32,000 bases of DNA, taken from contig LVZN01000078.1 of assembly GCA_001695645.1 (NCBI GenBank), positions 60,001 through 92,000 of the forward strand, written 5' to 3'. The notes beneath the pieces were generated by a model. That model had not been told where the DNA came from. It did no database searches and saw only the letters and a list, made by a program, of their open reading frames with translations. Positions 23,711 to 32,000 of the stretch are shown here, one piece after another. Positions within the stretch are counted from its first letter, which is position 1. Each line of letters starts with the position of its first letter. This DNA is from Erysipelotrichaceae bacterium MTC7 (GTDB lineage: Bacteria; Bacillota_I; Bacilli_A; Erysipelotrichales; Erysipelotrichaceae). The translations under genes and the position numbers were made by a program.

Positions 23711-23851
23711 ATGGATATATAAGTATCCATGCTGCAAGCACTTGTAGACGTTCATATGAGACCGCCCCTCCAAAATGGTTTTATATGCGCGAATAGGAGT
23801 GTGAGAACTTTTCTCTTTTGGGAAGACAGCAAAGCTGTCTTTTCTTTTTTT
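23711..23851 (+). ncRNA. Candidate small transcript of about 140 nt (promoter to terminator), function unknown
   Basis: It is bounded by the promoter at 23676-23704 and the terminator at 23822-23851. It opens with the hairpin atggata-tataag-tatccat. There is no ORF of 60 aa or more, and I recognise no RNA family. Confidence 0.3.
23822..23851 (+). terminator. Rho-independent terminator
   Basis: Stem aagacagc/gctgtctt, AAA loop, then TTTTCTTTTTTT. Confidence 0.8.
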
Positions 23852-23855
23852 ATTG

Positions 23856-23884
23856 TTGAAAAGGTGTAAACTATATGCTATGAT
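23856..23884 (+). promoter_or_regulatory. tRNA-Trp/Arg promoter TTGAAA-N17-TATGAT
   Basis: Hexamers at 23856-23861 and 23879-23884, about 20 nt upstream of tRNA-Trp. Confidence 0.55.
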
Positions 23885-23903
23885 TATCTAGCAGTAAAAT
23901 TGT

Positions 23904-23977
23904 AGGGGCATGGTCCAATGGTATGATAACGGTCTCCAAAACCGCTGATGGGAGTTCGATTCTCTCTGCCCCTGCCA
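23904..23977 (+). tRNA. tRNA-Trp (anticodon CCA), encoded CCA
   Basis: Acceptor stem aggggca/tgcccct, anticodon loop ctCCAaa, T-loop gttcgattc. Length 74 nt. Confidence 0.9.
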
Positions 23978-23988
23978 GTTATAAACAA

Positions 23989-24012
23989 AGTCTGAATGTT
24001 CAGGCTTTTTTT
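23989..24012 (+). terminator. Hairpin plus T-run between the two tRNAs
   Basis: Stem agtctg/caggct (one G-U pair), then TTTTTTT. Confidence 0.6.
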
Positions 24013-24059
24013 ATTCGTATCTTAGCGTTAGGCTGTGATATAATAAGTTACGGAATCAA

Positions 24060-24136
24060 GCGTTCGTGGCGCAGTTGGATAGCGCACTCGACTCCGACTC
24101 GAGAGGTCGCAGGTTCGAATCCTGTCGAGCGCACCA
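24060..24136 (+). tRNA. tRNA-Arg (anticodon CCG), encoded CCA
   Basis: Acceptor stem gcgttcg/cgagcgc (one G-U pair), anticodon stem-loop ctcga-ctCCGac-tcgag, T-loop gttcgaatc. Length 77 nt. Confidence 0.9.
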
Positions 24137-24145
24137 TAGAAATAC

Positions 24146-24175
24146 AACACCGAATATTTGTTTGGTGTTTTTTTT
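24146..24175 (+). terminator. Terminator after tRNA-Arg
   Basis: Stem aacaccgaa/tttggtgtt, then a run of 8 T. Confidence 0.75.
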
Positions 24176-24198
24176 ATATTCTTGCTTTTTATGCGTAC

Positions 24199-24351
24199 TT
24201 GATTTACGATAATGATGCGGGGGGACTCTTTGGAGTTGAGAAGGTAAAACCTGACCCTTTGAACCTGTTGGTTAAGACCAACGTAGGGAGCAATCAATAC
24301 AAAGAAGGTATTTGATCAGGACGCTCCATTTTTGAAGCGTCCTCTTTTTTA
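24199..24351 (+). promoter_or_regulatory. TPP (THI-box) riboswitch with terminator expression platform
   Basis: P1 ttgatt/aatcaa (24199-24204 / 24292-24297). Conserved core ggggga...ttgagaa...ctgaccctttgaacctgttggttaagaccaacgtagggag. The terminator is aggacgct/agcgtcct at 24318-24343 plus a T-run. It sits directly upstream of thiD. Confidence 0.85.
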
Positions 24352-24456
24352 TTCATTGTTTGTTGCTACAACGAAAGGCTTCCGCATATGCGAGGTCTTT
24401 TTCTTTTTGCATATGCGAAATCTGGTTGTGATTGCTTGATGATACAAGGAGGTAAG

Positions 24457-25260
24457 ATGAAAAACGTATTAAGTATAGCTGGTTCAGATTGTAGTGGTGG
24501 TGCGGGGATTCAAGCAGATTTGAAGACTTTTAGTGCCAATGGAGTATTTGGTATGAGTGTAATTGTCGCTGTCGTTGCAGAAAATACCAGTCGAGTGATT
24601 TCTGTAGAAAATGTAAGTCCAAGCATGATTGAAGCACAAATAGATGCAGTATTTGAAGATATCGATGTGCATGCTGTAAAAATTGGAATGTTATCAACAC
24701 CAGAATGCATGGAAGCAGTTGCTAAAAAGTTAGAAGAGTACAAACCAAACCATGTAGTGATTGATCCGGTAATGTATGCAAAGAATGGGTGTCCACTAAT
24801 GGAAGAACAATCGTTGGATACCTTAATCCAGCGCATTATTCCACTAGCAGATGTTGTTACGCCTAACATACCAGAAGCAGAGAAGATGACAGGCATGCAA
24901 ATTGATAGTATTGAAATGATGGAGCAAGCGGCAAAAAGAATTGTTGAAATGGGCTGTAAAGGCGTGATTATCAAAGGTGGACATCGTGAGGGAAGTGCCC
25001 TTGATGTACTTTATGATGGAAACGAATTTACACATTTTGAAACAAAAAGAGTTCCAACAAAAAACACACATGGAACCGGATGTACATTTTCTGCAGCGAT
25101 TGCTTCGCAGTTGGCACAAGATCTTTCCCTAGCAAAAGCGGTTGGTGTTGCAAAAACGTATGTGACAAGTGCCATAACCCATGGATTAGAAATAGGAAAG
25201 GGCTGTGGTCCTACAAATCATTTCTACGAGTTATATAAAAAAGCGGGGATGATCAAATGA
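24457..25260 (+). CDS. thiD: Hydroxymethylpyrimidine / phosphomethylpyrimidine kinase
   Basis: [40 protein letters not shown] 24457 follows AAGGAGGT. The track start at 24388 would lie 5' of the Shine-Dalgarno and close to the riboswitch terminator. Confidence 0.92.
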   Translation: MKNVLSIAGSDCSGGAGIQADLKTFSANGVFGMSVIVAVVAENTSRVISVENVSPSMIEAQIDAVFEDIDVHAVKIGMLSTPECMEAVAKKLEEYKPNHVVIDPVMYAKNGCPLMEEQSLDTLIQRIIPLADVVTPNIPEAEKMTGMQIDSIEMMEQAAKRIVEMGCKGVIIKGGHREGSALDVLYDGNEFTHFETKRVPTKNTHGTGCTFSAAIASQLAQDLSLAKAVGVAKTYVTSAITHGLEIGKGCGPTNHFYELYKKAGMIK

Positions 25261-26576
25261 TGTATACAACACAGATGAATGCTGCAAAGAACCGTATCGT
25301 TACCAAAGAGATGATAGCGGTGGCTACTAAAGAAAACATTGCTGTAGAAGTTTTACTAGAAAAAATTGCTTGTGGTGAAATTATTATTCCTGCCAATAAA
25401 ATGCACCATAGTTTAGATCCACAAGGAATCGGGACAGGATTAAAAACGAAGATTAACGTTAATTTAGGCGTTTCAAAGGATTGTCAAGATTACACAGTTG
25501 AGATGAAGAAAGCGCAACTTGCCATTGATTACAACTGTGCAGCGATTATGGATTTAAGTAATACAGGAAAGACAAATACATTTCGTGAAGCATTGATTGC
25601 AAGTTCACCAACAATGATTGGGACGGTTCCTATATATGATGCTATTGGTTATCTAGGTAAGGATTTAAAAGAAATCGATGCAAGAGATTTTTTGGAAGTC
25701 ATTGAAGCACATGCAAAAGCCGGTGTTGATTTTATGACAATCCATGCTGGTTTAAATAAGAGAATGGTAGAGTTAATCAAACGTGAAAAACGACTGACAA
25801 ATATTGTATCGCGAGGAGGATCGTTGATTTTTGCTTGGATGGAGATGACAGGAAAAGAGAATCCATTTTATGAATATTATGATGAAGTCTTAGAAATCTT
25901 TGCGCACTATGACGTTACGATGAGTCTTGGTGATGCCTTGCGTCCTGGAAGCATAGATGATAGCACGGATGGTATGCAAATTGGTGAATTAATCGAACTT
26001 GGTAATCTAACCAAACGAGCATGGGAAAAAGACGTACAAGTTATGGTTGAAGGACCTGGACATATGGCAATGGATGAAATCGCAGCAAATATAAAATTGC
26101 AGAAACGGTTGTGTCATAATGCACCATTTTATGTGTTAGGTCCAATCGTCACTGATATTGCACCGGGGTATGATCATATTACGTCTGCCATAGGTGGAGC
26201 GATTGCTGCCATGCATGGTGCTGACTTTCTTTGCTATGTAACACCTGCAGAACATTTGCGACTGCCAGATATCGATGATGTAAAGGAAGGAATTGTAGCT
26301 AGTAAAATAGCTGCTCATGCAGCAGATATAGCCAAGGGAATTCCAGGAGCAAGAGATATCGATCACCTGATGAGTGATGCAAGAAGACAAGTTGATTTTG
26401 AAAAGATGTTCACTTACGCAATTGACCCACACAAAGCGAAGACATATTACGACAGTCGAACGGTCAGTGAAGAACACACATGTACGATGTGTGGAAATAT
26501 GTGTGCGATGCGCACAACAAATAAAATACTAGAAGGTAAAGATATTTCATTTAGGGAGGACAAAACAAATGCATAA
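25257..26576 (+). CDS. thiC: Phosphomethylpyrimidine synthase (radical SAM)
   Basis: 439 aa. Typical ThiC strings [14 protein letters not shown] and [24 protein letters not shown], plus the C-terminal [10 protein letters not shown] cluster motif. ATGA overlap with thiD. Confidence 0.93.
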   Translation: MMYTTQMNAAKNRIVTKEMIAVATKENIAVEVLLEKIACGEIIIPANKMHHSLDPQGIGTGLKTKINVNLGVSKDCQDYTVEMKKAQLAIDYNCAAIMDLSNTGKTNTFREALIASSPTMIGTVPIYDAIGYLGKDLKEIDARDFLEVIEAHAKAGVDFMTIHAGLNKRMVELIKREKRLTNIVSRGGSLIFAWMEMTGKENPFYEYYDEVLEIFAHYDVTMSLGDALRPGSIDDSTDGMQIGELIELGNLTKRAWEKDVQVMVEGPGHMAMDEIAANIKLQKRLCHNAPFYVLGPIVTDIAPGYDHITSAIGGAIAAMHGADFLCYVTPAEHLRLPDIDDVKEGIVASKIAAHAADIAKGIPGARDIDHLMSDARRQVDFEKMFTYAIDPHKAKTYYDSRTVSEEHTCTMCGNMCAMRTTNKILEGKDISFREDKTNA

Positions 26577-27384
26577 TAAATTAGAACAAGCACTGACAAA
26601 TGTGAAAACAATACATCCACTGGTTCATCATTTGACGAACTATGTAACGGTAAACGACTGTGCAAATATCACACTAGCAATTGGAGGTTCACCGGTCATG
26701 GCGGATGCAATTGAAGAAGTCACTGATATGGCAAGCGTTGCAAATAGCGTAGTCATTAACATGGGAACACTCAATGAAAGAACGGTGGCATCCATGATTC
26801 TTGCAGGAAAAGCAGCCAATGGAAAAGGGACACCTGTTATATTTGATCCAGTTGGAGTTGGTGCAAGTGTATTTCGTAATGAGATGGCACTAAAGATCCT
26901 TAAAGAAGTAAAATGTAGCGTCATTCGTGGAAATGCATCAGAAATTCGTTTTCTGGTGGAACGTCATGCAGCAACGAAAGGTGTTGATGTAGCAAGTGCA
27001 GATACAAACATTGATGTAGAAACATTAGTGAAAGAGGGGGCAAAGAAACTAGGCTGTATTGTGGCTTGTACAGGAGCTGTTGATTATATCAGCGATGGAA
27101 AACAGCTTGTCAAAATATACAACGGACATGCTATGCTATCCAGCATTACAGGAACTGGTTGCATGTGTACGAGTTTGATTGGAACGTATTGTGGTGCCAA
27201 TACGGATATCTTTATTGCAACATGTGCAGCTTTGTTAAGTATGGGGATGGCTGGAGAAAATGCGTATACATCGAGTGGGCATTTGGGGCTTGGTCACTAT
27301 CACATGGCAATTATTGATGAAATCAGCAAACTGGATGCTACAAGTTTGCTAGAGAGAGCAAGATATGAAACAAACAACAGTTGA
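26569..27384 (+). CDS. thiM: Hydroxyethylthiazole kinase
   Basis: [44 protein letters not shown]. It overlaps the thiC end by 8 nt. Confidence 0.9.
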   Translation: MHNKLEQALTNVKTIHPLVHHLTNYVTVNDCANITLAIGGSPVMADAIEEVTDMASVANSVVINMGTLNERTVASMILAGKAANGKGTPVIFDPVGVGASVFRNEMALKILKEVKCSVIRGNASEIRFLVERHAATKGVDVASADTNIDVETLVKEGAKKLGCIVACTGAVDYISDGKQLVKIYNGHAMLSSITGTGCMCTSLIGTYCGANTDIFIATCAALLSMGMAGENAYTSSGHLGLGHYHMAIIDEISKLDATSLLERARYETNNS

Positions 27385-28000
27385 TTATGGCATCTATCTC
27401 ATCACGGATCAAACAGTGTTGGGGAAAAAGGATTTATGCGAAGCCGTGGAACAAGCCATCCTTGGTGGATGTACCTTGGTTCAAATTCGTGAAAAGGAAC
27501 AATCGACCAAAGCCTTTTACCAAGAAGCCAAACAGATTAAAGCAATTTGCGACAGATATAAAGTTCCATTGATTGTTAATGATCGTGTAGATGTTGCACT
27601 TGCCATCGATGCAAGTGGAATTCATGTTGGTCAAGATGATTTGCCAGCATGCATAACGCGCAAATTGATTGGAAAAAACAAGTTACTTGGTGTATCGGTC
27701 ACCAATCTTGATGAAGCGTTACAAGCACAACGTGATGATGCAGATTATCTAGGCGTCGGTGCAATGCATGCTACACAAACCAAAGAAGACGCGACAATTG
27801 TCTCTTTAGCACAACTTGCAAACATTCGTGCAGCAGTTGAGATACCTATTGTTGTTATCGGTGGGATTTCAGTAGAGAATGCATCGATGTATGCACAAAT
27901 GCAGGTTGATGGCTTAGCGGTTGTCTCTGCCATTCTTAGTCAAAAGGACATTTATCAAGCAACAAAAACACTGAAACAAGCATTTCAAGCAAAATCTTAG
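27365..28000 (+). CDS. thiE: Thiamine-phosphate synthase
   Basis: LYLITD, VQIREK, IVNDRVDVALAIDASGIHVGQDDL, VIGGI. It overlaps the thiM end by 20 nt. Confidence 0.9.
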   Translation: MKQTTVDYGIYLITDQTVLGKKDLCEAVEQAILGGCTLVQIREKEQSTKAFYQEAKQIKAICDRYKVPLIVNDRVDVALAIDASGIHVGQDDLPACITRKLIGKNKLLGVSVTNLDEALQAQRDDADYLGVGAMHATQTKEDATIVSLAQLANIRAAVEIPIVVIGGISVENASMYAQMQVDGLAVVSAILSQKDIYQATKTLKQAFQAKS

Positions 28001-28126
28001 GTATTTTACATTCTTGTCCAAAATTTCACAAATTAGCAGTAAGTGGGTTAACTCTTTGGAATACCTATGGTATACTTAAACTAACTACTAATATATATAT
28101 TTTACATATGATAAAGGAATGACAGG

Positions 28127-29062
28127 ATGAACATTAATACGATTTTATTACGATATGTAGTTGAGGTAGAAAAAAGTAAATCTATTTCGAAAGCTGCAGA
28201 CAACTTGTATATGGCACAACCAAACTTAAGTAAAGCAATCAAAGAATTGGAAGAAAACGTTGGATTTCCAATTTTTGAACGTGGTCCAAAGGGAACGATT
28301 CCAACGGAACTCGGTGTCCAATTCATTGAACAAGCATATAAGGTGTTGTCACAACTAGATGCAATGGAAAATCTAGCTTCAGGTAAAAAAGAGGGAACGA
28401 TTCACTTTGACGTTTCCATTCCTCGGGGTAGTTATATCTCCGAAGGTGTACTTGATTTTGTGCGTGGATTGGATTTTAAAACACGTACAGAAGTGTTGTT
28501 TCAAGAAACCAATGCCCTAAAAGCAATCCACAACGTTTCAGAACATCGCTTTAACTTAGGTGTGATTCGTTATGAGAAGAAAAATGAATTGTACTTTAAA
28601 GACTATTTACAAGAACGTAACCTAAAATCAGAAATTTTATGGGACTTTCAGGAGATTGTCTTAATGTCAAAAGATCACCCGTTAGCAAATAAAGAAATCA
28701 TTGAATTGACCGACTTAGAACCGTATATTGAAATCGTCTACGAAGATGAAGTATTGCCGTATTTCCATCAATTAAAAAAGCGTCGAGAACAACCAGTGAG
28801 TAGTAAATTGTCGATTTTTGAACGTTCAAGTCAATTTCAATTCTTGTCGACTTTGACAGAATCCTATACATTCGCTTCACCGATTCCAACCTACTTATTG
28901 GAACGCTACAACGTGGTGCAACGCAAAGTGCGTGGGCTAAATGATTCTTACAAAGATGTAATTATCTATCGCAAGGATTATGAGTTGACTGAACTAGATC
29001 GTGATTTTATCAATAAACTTGATCAAGCTCGAAACAATGTTGCCTTTTTAAAGTTGGAATAG
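28127..29062 (+). CDS. LysR-family transcriptional regulator
   Basis: N-terminal HTH LLRYVVEVEKSKSISKAADNLYMAQPNLSKAIKELEENVG, with a substrate-binding-type C-terminal portion. Confidence 0.85.
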   Translation: MNINTILLRYVVEVEKSKSISKAADNLYMAQPNLSKAIKELEENVGFPIFERGPKGTIPTELGVQFIEQAYKVLSQLDAMENLASGKKEGTIHFDVSIPRGSYISEGVLDFVRGLDFKTRTEVLFQETNALKAIHNVSEHRFNLGVIRYEKKNELYFKDYLQERNLKSEILWDFQEIVLMSKDHPLANKEIIELTDLEPYIEIVYEDEVLPYFHQLKKRREQPVSSKLSIFERSSQFQFLSTLTESYTFASPIPTYLLERYNVVQRKVRGLNDSYKDVIIYRKDYELTELDRDFINKLDQARNNVAFLKLE

Positions 29063-29265
29063 TAGCGATATATCACTTTATAAATAGCCATAGATAAAAA
29101 TTATATAAGTATAAGAAATACAAATTTGGTAAGATTGGACTACAACATTCCTTTAAGTTCATGCGAGAACTTAGAAATTATGCGCTCAATGCTCTTGTTA
29201 GCTCTTAGGGAGTAAAATATATGCTTGCTAAGAATGTTGTGGGTTTAACAAAGAAGCATAGAAAA

Positions 29266-29310
29266 GAATATGTTCATATTTTCACAAAGATATAAACATG
29301 TTCTTTTTTT
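29266..29310 (+). terminator. Long hairpin plus T7 between the LysR gene and the alcohol dehydrogenase gene
   Basis: 14-bp stem gaatatgttcatat/atataaacatgttc (one G-U pair, one C-A mismatch), 10-nt loop, TTTTTTT at 29304-29310. Confidence 0.6.
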
Positions 29311-29334
29311 ATATATCTCGCTGTTTTCCTGTGG

Positions 29335-29343
29335 TGTTAGAAT
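29335..29343 (+). promoter_or_regulatory. Extended -10 (TGtTAGAAT), candidate adh promoter
   Basis: The string tgttagaat lies 33 nt upstream of ATG 29376 and downstream of the hairpin. Confidence 0.4.
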
Positions 29344-29375
29344 GAGGGAGTAAAGAAAAAGGAGGTCTAGATTTT

Positions 29376-30566
29376 ATGGCTAGATATACGATACCAAGAG
29401 ATGTGTATCATGGAAAAGGATCATTAGAAAATTTAAAGGATTTAGTAGGTAAAAAAGCAATCGTTGTTGTTGGTGGAGGAAGTATGAAACGCTTCGGATT
29501 CCTAGACAAAGTTGAAGAATACCTTAAAGAAGCAGGAATGGAAGTTCAACTATTTGAAGGTGTTGAACCAGATCCATCTGTTGAAACTGTTATGCGTGGA
29601 GCGCAAGCAATGCGCGACTTTGAACCGGACTGGATTGTTTCTATCGGTGGTGGTTCACCAATCGATGCTGCAAAAGCAATGTGGGTATTCTACGAATATC
29701 CTGAAACTAAGTTTGAAGACATTATTACTCCATACAGTTTCCCAACATTACGCCAAAAAGCAAAATTCTGTGCAATTCCATCAACGAGTGGTACAGCAAC
29801 AGAAGTAACAGCATTCTCTGTTATTACAGACTATGAAAAAGGGATTAAATATCCATTAGCTGACTTTAACATTACGCCAGATGTAGCAATCATCGATTCT
29901 ACCTTAGCAGAAACAATGCCTCAAAAGTTAACAGCTCATACAGGAATGGATGCAATGACACACGCAATTGAATCATACGTGTCAACATTACACTGTAACT
30001 ACACAGACCCACATGCATTACACGCAATTAAATTAATTACGGATTCTATTGTTGCTTCATATGAAGGTGATAAAGAAGCAAGAGAAACAATGCACGATGC
30101 ACAATGTTTAGCAGGTATGGCATTCTCTAATACTTCACTTGGAATCGTTCACTCTATGGCACACAAAACTGGTGCTGCATACAGTGGAGGACACATTGTT
30201 CATGGTTGTGCAAATGCTATGTACTTACCAAAAGTAATTAAATTCAATGCAAGAGAACCAGAAGCAGCTACACGTTACGGTGAAATTGCAGATTCATTAC
30301 ACTTAGGTGGAAACACAACTGCAGAAAAAGTAGAATTGTTGATTCAACACATTCTTACTTTAAACAAAGAACTTAACATCCCAACTTGTATCAAAGATTA
30401 CGAAGGTGGAATTATTGATGAAACTGAGTTCTTAAACAAACTTGATGAAGTTGCTAAATTAGCGGTTGAAGATGCTTGTACAGGAACAAACCCTCGTACC
30501 ATTGATCCATCACAAATGGCTCGCTTATTAAAAGCTTGCTACTATGATGAAGAAGTAGATTTCTAA
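29376..30566 (+). CDS. Iron-containing (group III) alcohol dehydrogenase, butanol/propanol dehydrogenase-like
   Basis: 396 aa. Motifs GGGSPIDAAK, PSTSGTATEVT, AHTGMDAMTHAIE and SMAHKTG....HGCANA (metal His residues). Strong Shine-Dalgarno AAAGGAGG. Confidence 0.9.
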   Translation: MARYTIPRDVYHGKGSLENLKDLVGKKAIVVVGGGSMKRFGFLDKVEEYLKEAGMEVQLFEGVEPDPSVETVMRGAQAMRDFEPDWIVSIGGGSPIDAAKAMWVFYEYPETKFEDIITPYSFPTLRQKAKFCAIPSTSGTATEVTAFSVITDYEKGIKYPLADFNITPDVAIIDSTLAETMPQKLTAHTGMDAMTHAIESYVSTLHCNYTDPHALHAIKLITDSIVASYEGDKEARETMHDAQCLAGMAFSNTSLGIVHSMAHKTGAAYSGGHIVHGCANAMYLPKVIKFNAREPEAATRYGEIADSLHLGGNTTAEKVELLIQHILTLNKELNIPTCIKDYEGGIIDETEFLNKLDEVAKLAVEDACTGTNPRTIDPSQMARLLKACYYDEEVDF

Positions 30567-30590
30567 AAGTAAAACGTATTACGGTTGTTG

Positions 30591-30621
30591 AATAGTTGCC
30601 GCTACTTGCGGTAACTATTTT
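30591..30621 (+). terminator. Terminator after the alcohol dehydrogenase gene
   Basis: 12-bp stem aatagttgccgc/gcggtaactatt (one G-U pair), 5-nt loop, then TTTT. Confidence 0.8.
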
Positions 30622-30645
30622 GTCATTTATGCATAAAGGGGTCCT

Positions 30646-32000
30646 ATGGAAAAATATATTGAATCAAAAAAATCAAATTGTAAAAACTGTTACAAGTGTA
30701 TAAGAAATTGTGCACTCAAGTCACTCAGTTTTCTTAACGATCAAGCGAACATCATAAGTGATGATTGCATTTATTGTGGCGAGTGTTATCTTGTTTGTCC
30801 ACAAGATGCCAAATACATTCGCAGCGATGCGCAAAAAGTAAAAACTTGGCTTGCATCTAACACGCCAGTTGTCGCGAGCGTTGCTCCATCGTACAATGCG
30901 TTAGACAACACAGATTTCTTTTTGTTGAAACAACAATTGCTTGATGCTGGTTTTCAAGCGGTTGAAGAAACCGCGATTGGCGCGTATATGGTAAAAACGG
31001 CATATGAGAAACTTTGCGAAAACAAAGAAAACGACGTATTGATTTCCTCTTGTTGTCACAGTGTCAACTTGCTTGTGGAAAAGCATTTTCCAGAAGCCAT
31101 TCCCTATTTGGCCAGTGTTGTAACACCCATGGAAGCACATGCTAGAAAACTAAAGGAAACATATCCAGAAGCTAAAGTTGTTTTCATTGGACCATGTATT
31201 TCAAAAAAAGCGGAAATTGACGATACGAAAAGTCATACCGATGTCGTGCTAACTTTTGCCGAGTTGGCAGAACTTGGCTTACCAAGCTTTGGTAAGAAAC
31301 AAGAAGAGAAACAGGAATGTCAGCTTTCCACAAGAAGTTTCCCAATCACTGGTGGTATTTTATCAACCATGAAAAAGGAAGCGGATATGACCTATTTGGT
31401 CGTGGATGGACAAGAAAATTGTGTCCAAACCATTAAAGATGTCATTGATGGGAAGATTCACAAATGTTTTATTGAAATGTCTTTGTGTGCAGGTAGTTGT
31501 GCAGGTGGTCCAGTGTTACGGAAAAGTGGGTATACAACAGTGCCTAGCACGATGTCCATTGCTGCTAAAGCCAAACAAAAAGGACCTCAATTGGATGTAG
31601 AAACAAAACAACTTCACACAACATTTGAAAATAGAAAACAAACCAGTTATCGAATAAGTGATCAAATGATTGAAGAAGTGTTAGCGAAAATAGGAAAGAC
31701 AAAAATAGAAGATGAATTAAACTGTGGTGGTTGTGGGTACAATACGTGTAGAGAAAAAGCGGTTGCAGTTATTCAAGGTAAGGCAAATCTAGAGATGTGT
31801 TTGCCCTATTTGCGAGACCGGGCAGAAACGTTCTCGGACAACATTATCCGTAATACACCAAACGGAATCATCGTGCTTAATGAAGAATTTGAAATCGAGC
31901 AAATGAATGAAGCAGCTTGTCAGATATTTAATATTGAACATAGTTTTGAAATCATTGGTGATCAAGTGGTACGTTTGCTTGATCCAAAGTTGATTATGGA
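30646..32000 (+). CDS. Sensory (group C, HydS/HfsB-like) [FeFe]-hydrogenase homologue: N-terminal ferredoxin domain, H-cluster domain, Cx2Cx4Cx16C motif, start of a PAS domain. 3' end lies outside the window.
   Basis: Not in the supplied ORF track because it is open-ended. My hand translation from ATG 30646 has no stop through 32000. The N-terminus reads MEKYIESKKSNCKNCYKCIRNCALKS...DDCIYCGECYLVCP. H-cluster-like motifs are ISSCCHS, IGPCISKKAE and EMSLCAGSCAGGP. These are followed by NCGGCGYNTCREKAVAVIQGKANLEMC and then the PAS-like DNIIRNTPNGIIVLNEEFEIEQMNEAACQIF. Confidence 0.8.
   Translation, partial: MEKYIESKKSNCKNCYKCIRNCALKSLSFLNDQANIISDDCIYCGECYLVCPQDAKYIRSDAQKVKTWLASNTPVVASVAPSYNALDNTDFFLLKQQLLDAGFQAVEETAIGAYMVKTAYEKLCENKENDVLISSCCHSVNLLVEKHFPEAIPYLASVVTPMEAHARKLKETYPEAKVVFIGPCISKKAEIDDTKSHTDVVLTFAELAELGLPSFGKKQEEKQECQLSTRSFPITGGILSTMKKEADMTYLVVDGQENCVQTIKDVIDGKIHKCFIEMSLCAGSCAGGPVLRKSGYTTVPSTMSIAAKAKQKGPQLDVETKQLHTTFENRKQTSYRISDQMIEEVLAKIGKTKIEDELNCGGCGYNTCREKAVAVIQGKANLEMCLPYLRDRAETFSDNIIRNTPNGIIVLNEEFEIEQMNEAACQIFNIEHSFEIIGDQVVRLLDPKLIM

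Noticed and set aside
5471-24136. Possible genomic island bounded by the two tRNA pairs, with accessory-looking cargo (sulfur operon, pilus island, vWA protein)
   Set aside because: There is no integrase, recombinase or transposase. I could find no direct repeat of a tRNA 3' end; the ttcgattctc shared by tRNA-Gly and tRNA-Trp is just the T-arm. I saw no obvious compositional break by eye. The idea cannot be supported from this window.
23923-24315. 130-aa + strand ORF
   Set aside because: It runs through the 3' part of tRNA-Trp, all of tRNA-Arg, two terminators and the TPP riboswitch aptamer. It is an artefact of stop-free RNA genes.
24510-24974. 154-aa minus-strand ORF, plus other antisense ORFs inside thiD and thiC (24844-25119, 26136-26477)
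   Set aside because: They are antisense to well-supported thiamine genes and have no motifs or ribosome-binding sites.

Overview
Low-GC Bacillota-type chromosomal segment; I cannot assign a genus from sequence alone. I support 30 protein-coding genes. Two are cut by the window edges and are missing from the ORF track: the glmM 3' end at 1-192 and a sensory [FeFe]-hydrogenase-like gene from 30646 to the end. 29 of the 30 genes are on the + strand. There are also 4 tRNAs, one TPP riboswitch, several clear rho-independent terminators and a few operator-like palindromes. Left to right: glmM' | one apparent operon of OmpR-type response regulator, histidine kinase, mgtE, cytoplasmic LRR protein and a 64-aa protein | tRNA-Ser and tRNA-Gly | a CsoR/CstR-type controlled sulfur operon (rhodanese, CstR-like repressor, CoA-disulfide/persulfide reductase-rhodanese fusion, 2x[4Fe-4S] ferredoxin, Cys-motif membrane protein) | pirin | DUF898 protein (the only minus-strand gene) | LysR regulator plus O-acetylhomoserine sulfhydrylase | a sortase-dependent pilus operon (adhesin, SipA-like signal-peptidase homologue, T-antigen-like pilin, class B sortase) | 571-bp AT-rich spacer | vWA surface protein | NYN/OST-HTH protein | DUF349 protein | MarR | tRNA-Trp and tRNA-Arg | TPP riboswitch-thiD-thiC-thiM-thiE | LysR | Fe-alcohol dehydrogenase | HydS-like sensory hydrogenase (partial). 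I saw no CRISPR array, transposase, integrase or phage genes. The least textbook parts are four. First, the FCT-like pilus island, whose signal-peptidase homologue has both catalytic positions substituted and whose sorting signals are non-canonical. Second, the sulfur operon, with an atypical CstR-like repressor and an appended Fe-S electron-transfer pair. Third, the TCS-mgtE-LRR operon. Fourth, the unlisted sensory hydrogenase next to an alcohol dehydrogenase. All homology calls rest on motifs read by eye from the translations, and novelty cannot be established without database searches.
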